Assembly (NCBI GenBank): GCA_963745025.1
Contig: CAVUWD010000016.1
Location: forward strand, 864,001-928,000
Reading direction: 5' to 3'
DNA: 64,000 bases
From: an uncultured delta proteobacterium
Lineage (GTDB): Bacteria > Desulfobacterota > Binatia > JACPRU01
Shown: one piece after another, positions 62,344 through 64,000 of the stretch
How the letters are laid out: each line of letters starts with the position of its first letter
How positions within the stretch are numbered: position 1 is the first letter of the stretch
The notes under the pieces: model-generated
The model's database searches: none
What the model was told of the DNA's origin: nothing
Seen by the model: only the letters and a program-made list of their open reading frames with translations
Translations under genes and position numbers: made by a program

Positions 62344-62754
62344 ATGTCCAAGACGACTCTGACCTTCGCACTCATGGATCCGCCGTACGAGTCCGAAAAC
62401 TTGACCACGGCGTTTCGCATCCTCGACGCGGCCGCGCGCCGTGGCTACCACGTCAACGTCTTCGCCTATGAGGGCGCCGCCGGTCTCGCGTTCGTCCGCC
62501 AGACCCCCCATCCAAACCCGGTGCACGGCAAGAACGTCGCCGAGGAGAACCATCCCACCACGAAGGATCAGGTGGCGGCGCTGTTGGTCGAGGCCGAGCG
62601 CAACGGCGGCAAGGTCGACTGGGTGAACTGCGGAATGTGCGTCGATGAGCGCGGTGTCGGCGAGTTCGTCCCCGGAACGCGGCGCGGATCACCCGCCGAC
62701 TTTCACGCGTTCATCGAGGCCTCCGACAACGTCCTGGTCATCCCGACCAAGTGA
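62344..62754 (+). CDS. DsrE/TusD-like protein with CxxC
   Basis: DPPYES, VFAYEGA, CGMCVDERG, SDNVLVI. Confidence 0.85.
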   Translation: MSKTTLTFALMDPPYESENLTTAFRILDAAARRGYHVNVFAYEGAAGLAFVRQTPHPNPVHGKNVAEENHPTTKDQVAALLVEAERNGGKVDWVNCGMCVDERGVGEFVPGTRRGSPADFHAFIEASDNVLVIPTK

Positions 62755-62763
62755 GGCGCTCTA

Positions 62764-63153
62764 GTGGCCAAGAAAACGCTCAACATCGTAGAGTCGGCAT
62801 ACCGGGCCGTCATGGAAGAGCAGGACGACACCGTGCTGTGGCTTCTCGCCGCGATGCAAGGCGCCGGCGCACAGCACACCGTGGTACTGCGCGGCAACGC
62901 CGTGAACTACGCGGTCGCCGGGCAGGGAGCTCCCGGCCTAACCGTCGGCCAGTGGAAGCAGACACAGGCACCGCGGATGGACCGGGACGTCACCGATCTG
63001 GTCGAGAACCGCAAGATCCCCGTTTACGTCATCGAGGAGGACCTCGCCGAGCGTGGAATCGTTCGCGGAGAGCTCGTCCCCGGCGTCAAGCTCATAGGCC
63101 GGGGCACGCTTCCCAAGCTGGTCGCCGAGCACGAAGTCGTTTGCCACTGGTAG
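62764..63153 (+). CDS. DsrE-superfamily protein (DsrF/TusC-like)
   Basis: VLRGNAVNYAV..Q, VYVIEEDLAERG, terminal W. Confidence 0.8.
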   Translation: MAKKTLNIVESAYRAVMEEQDDTVLWLLAAMQGAGAQHTVVLRGNAVNYAVAGQGAPGLTVGQWKQTQAPRMDRDVTDLVENRKIPVYVIEEDLAERGIVRGELVPGVKLIGRGTLPKLVAEHEVVCHW

Positions 63154-63229
63154 CTGCGCGGGCCGACCCGCTCGAGAGCAAGATTCTCCAAGCGTGGCGT
63201 CGGCGCGCCCGCTATCATCGCGACACACC

Positions 63230-64000
63230 ATGACGGCACAAGGCTTTGCGCTTTTCGATACGGCGATCGGCCGGTGCGGCGCCGCGTGGGGTGCGCGCGG
63301 CGTCGCCGGCGTGCAGCTCCCGGAGGCGCGCGAGGTCGAGACGCGTGCGCGACTGCTTCAGCGATTTCCGGACGCGCGCGAAACGCCGCCGCCGCCGGAG
63401 GTCCAGCAAACGCTCGACGGCATCGTCGCGCTGCTCCGCGGCGAGCCGAGCGATCTCTCCGCAGTCGCGCTCGACATGGATCGCCTGCCCGCGTTCCACC
63501 GTCGCGTCTACGAGATCGCGCGCACCATTCCACCGGGCGCGACGCTCTCGTACGGCGAGGTCGCGGCTCGGGTGGGCGCGCCCGGCGCCGCCCGCGCCGT
63601 GGGGCAGGCTCTCGGACGAAACCCCTTCGCGATCGTCGTGCCGTGTCATCGCGTGCTGGCGGCCAGTGGTAAAATCGGCGGATTCTCCGCCAACGGCGGC
63701 ATCACGACGAAGCTCCGCCTCCTCTCGATCGAAGCGGCGCGGGCGAAAGGTCCGCTCTACGATGGCGACGGCGCGCTCGGCTTCGATCCGAGCGCCGCGC
63801 TCGCGCATCTGCGTGCGTCCGACGCGGCACTGGCGGGTGTCATCGACGCCGTCGGCCCCTTTCACCTGCCGCTCAGCAAGACGCCGAATATCTTCATTGC
63901 CCTCGCGGAGGCGATCGTCTACCAGCAGCTGACCGCCAAAGCGGCGTCGACGATCTTCGCACGCGTGTGCACCCTCTTCCCGTACCGCCATGGCGGCCCC
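63230..64000 (+). CDS. O6-methylguanine-DNA methyltransferase fused to an AlkA-like glycosylase (runs off right edge)
   Basis: SYGEVA..G.P.AARAVG.ALGRNP...PCHRV, then in frame AHLRASD..LA.VI..VGP...LAEAIVYQQL..KAA.TI. Confidence 0.88.
   Translation, partial: MTAQGFALFDTAIGRCGAAWGARGVAGVQLPEAREVETRARLLQRFPDARETPPPPEVQQTLDGIVALLRGEPSDLSAVALDMDRLPAFHRRVYEIARTIPPGATLSYGEVAARVGAPGAARAVGQALGRNPFAIVVPCHRVLAASGKIGGFSANGGITTKLRLLSIEAARAKGPLYDGDGALGFDPSAALAHLRASDAALAGVIDAVGPFHLPLSKTPNIFIALAEAIVYQQLTAKAASTIFARVCTLFPYRHGGP

Noticed and set aside
6-64000. Many long Arg/Ala/Pro-rich ORFs in the track (e.g. 780-2645, 1016-2698, 15455-16948, 42076-43692, 45672-47186)
   Set aside because: They are antisense or off-frame shadows of real genes, expected in high-GC DNA, and carry no recognisable motifs.

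Overview
GC-rich DNA from a diderm bacterium. No rRNA, tRNA or CRISPR array was found. Positions 1 to ~44.4 kb are an accessory, scar-rich island. It encodes envelope proteins (NodT/TolC channel, AI-2E, YidE/AspT, OmpA, three porin-like proteins, aquaporin, HdeD), a minus-strand DcaP-amidohydrolase-glutaminase run whose enzymes carry signal peptides, a Tat-signal serine dehydratase ahead of pta-ackA-pflB-pflA, CYTH/Ppx genes, a membrane metallophosphoesterase and a PLD. It also holds many gene remnants, a ~570-bp direct duplication and one intact IS110 element. From ~44.9 kb on the genes are mostly metabolic or housekeeping-like: CoA transferase, phasin, SDR, OYE, DUF35/thiolase, Mo-oxidoreductase, VIT1, LLM, a DsrEFH-like trio and an Ogt-AlkA fusion. 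The strongest signal is the IS110 element (26224-27911). Its ~200-nt upstream non-coding region folds into a closed stem holding two similar loops. The split guide segments of these loops reproduce the element end (15/15 nt) and the flanking target DNA (18/20 nt), collinearly on one strand, next to a 5-bp GTCAA direct repeat. This geometry differs from the IS621 bridge RNA as I know it. The many single-base frameshifts, densest at 28-35 kb, look like sequencing or assembly errors. All family calls come from motif recognition by eye; no database search was run.
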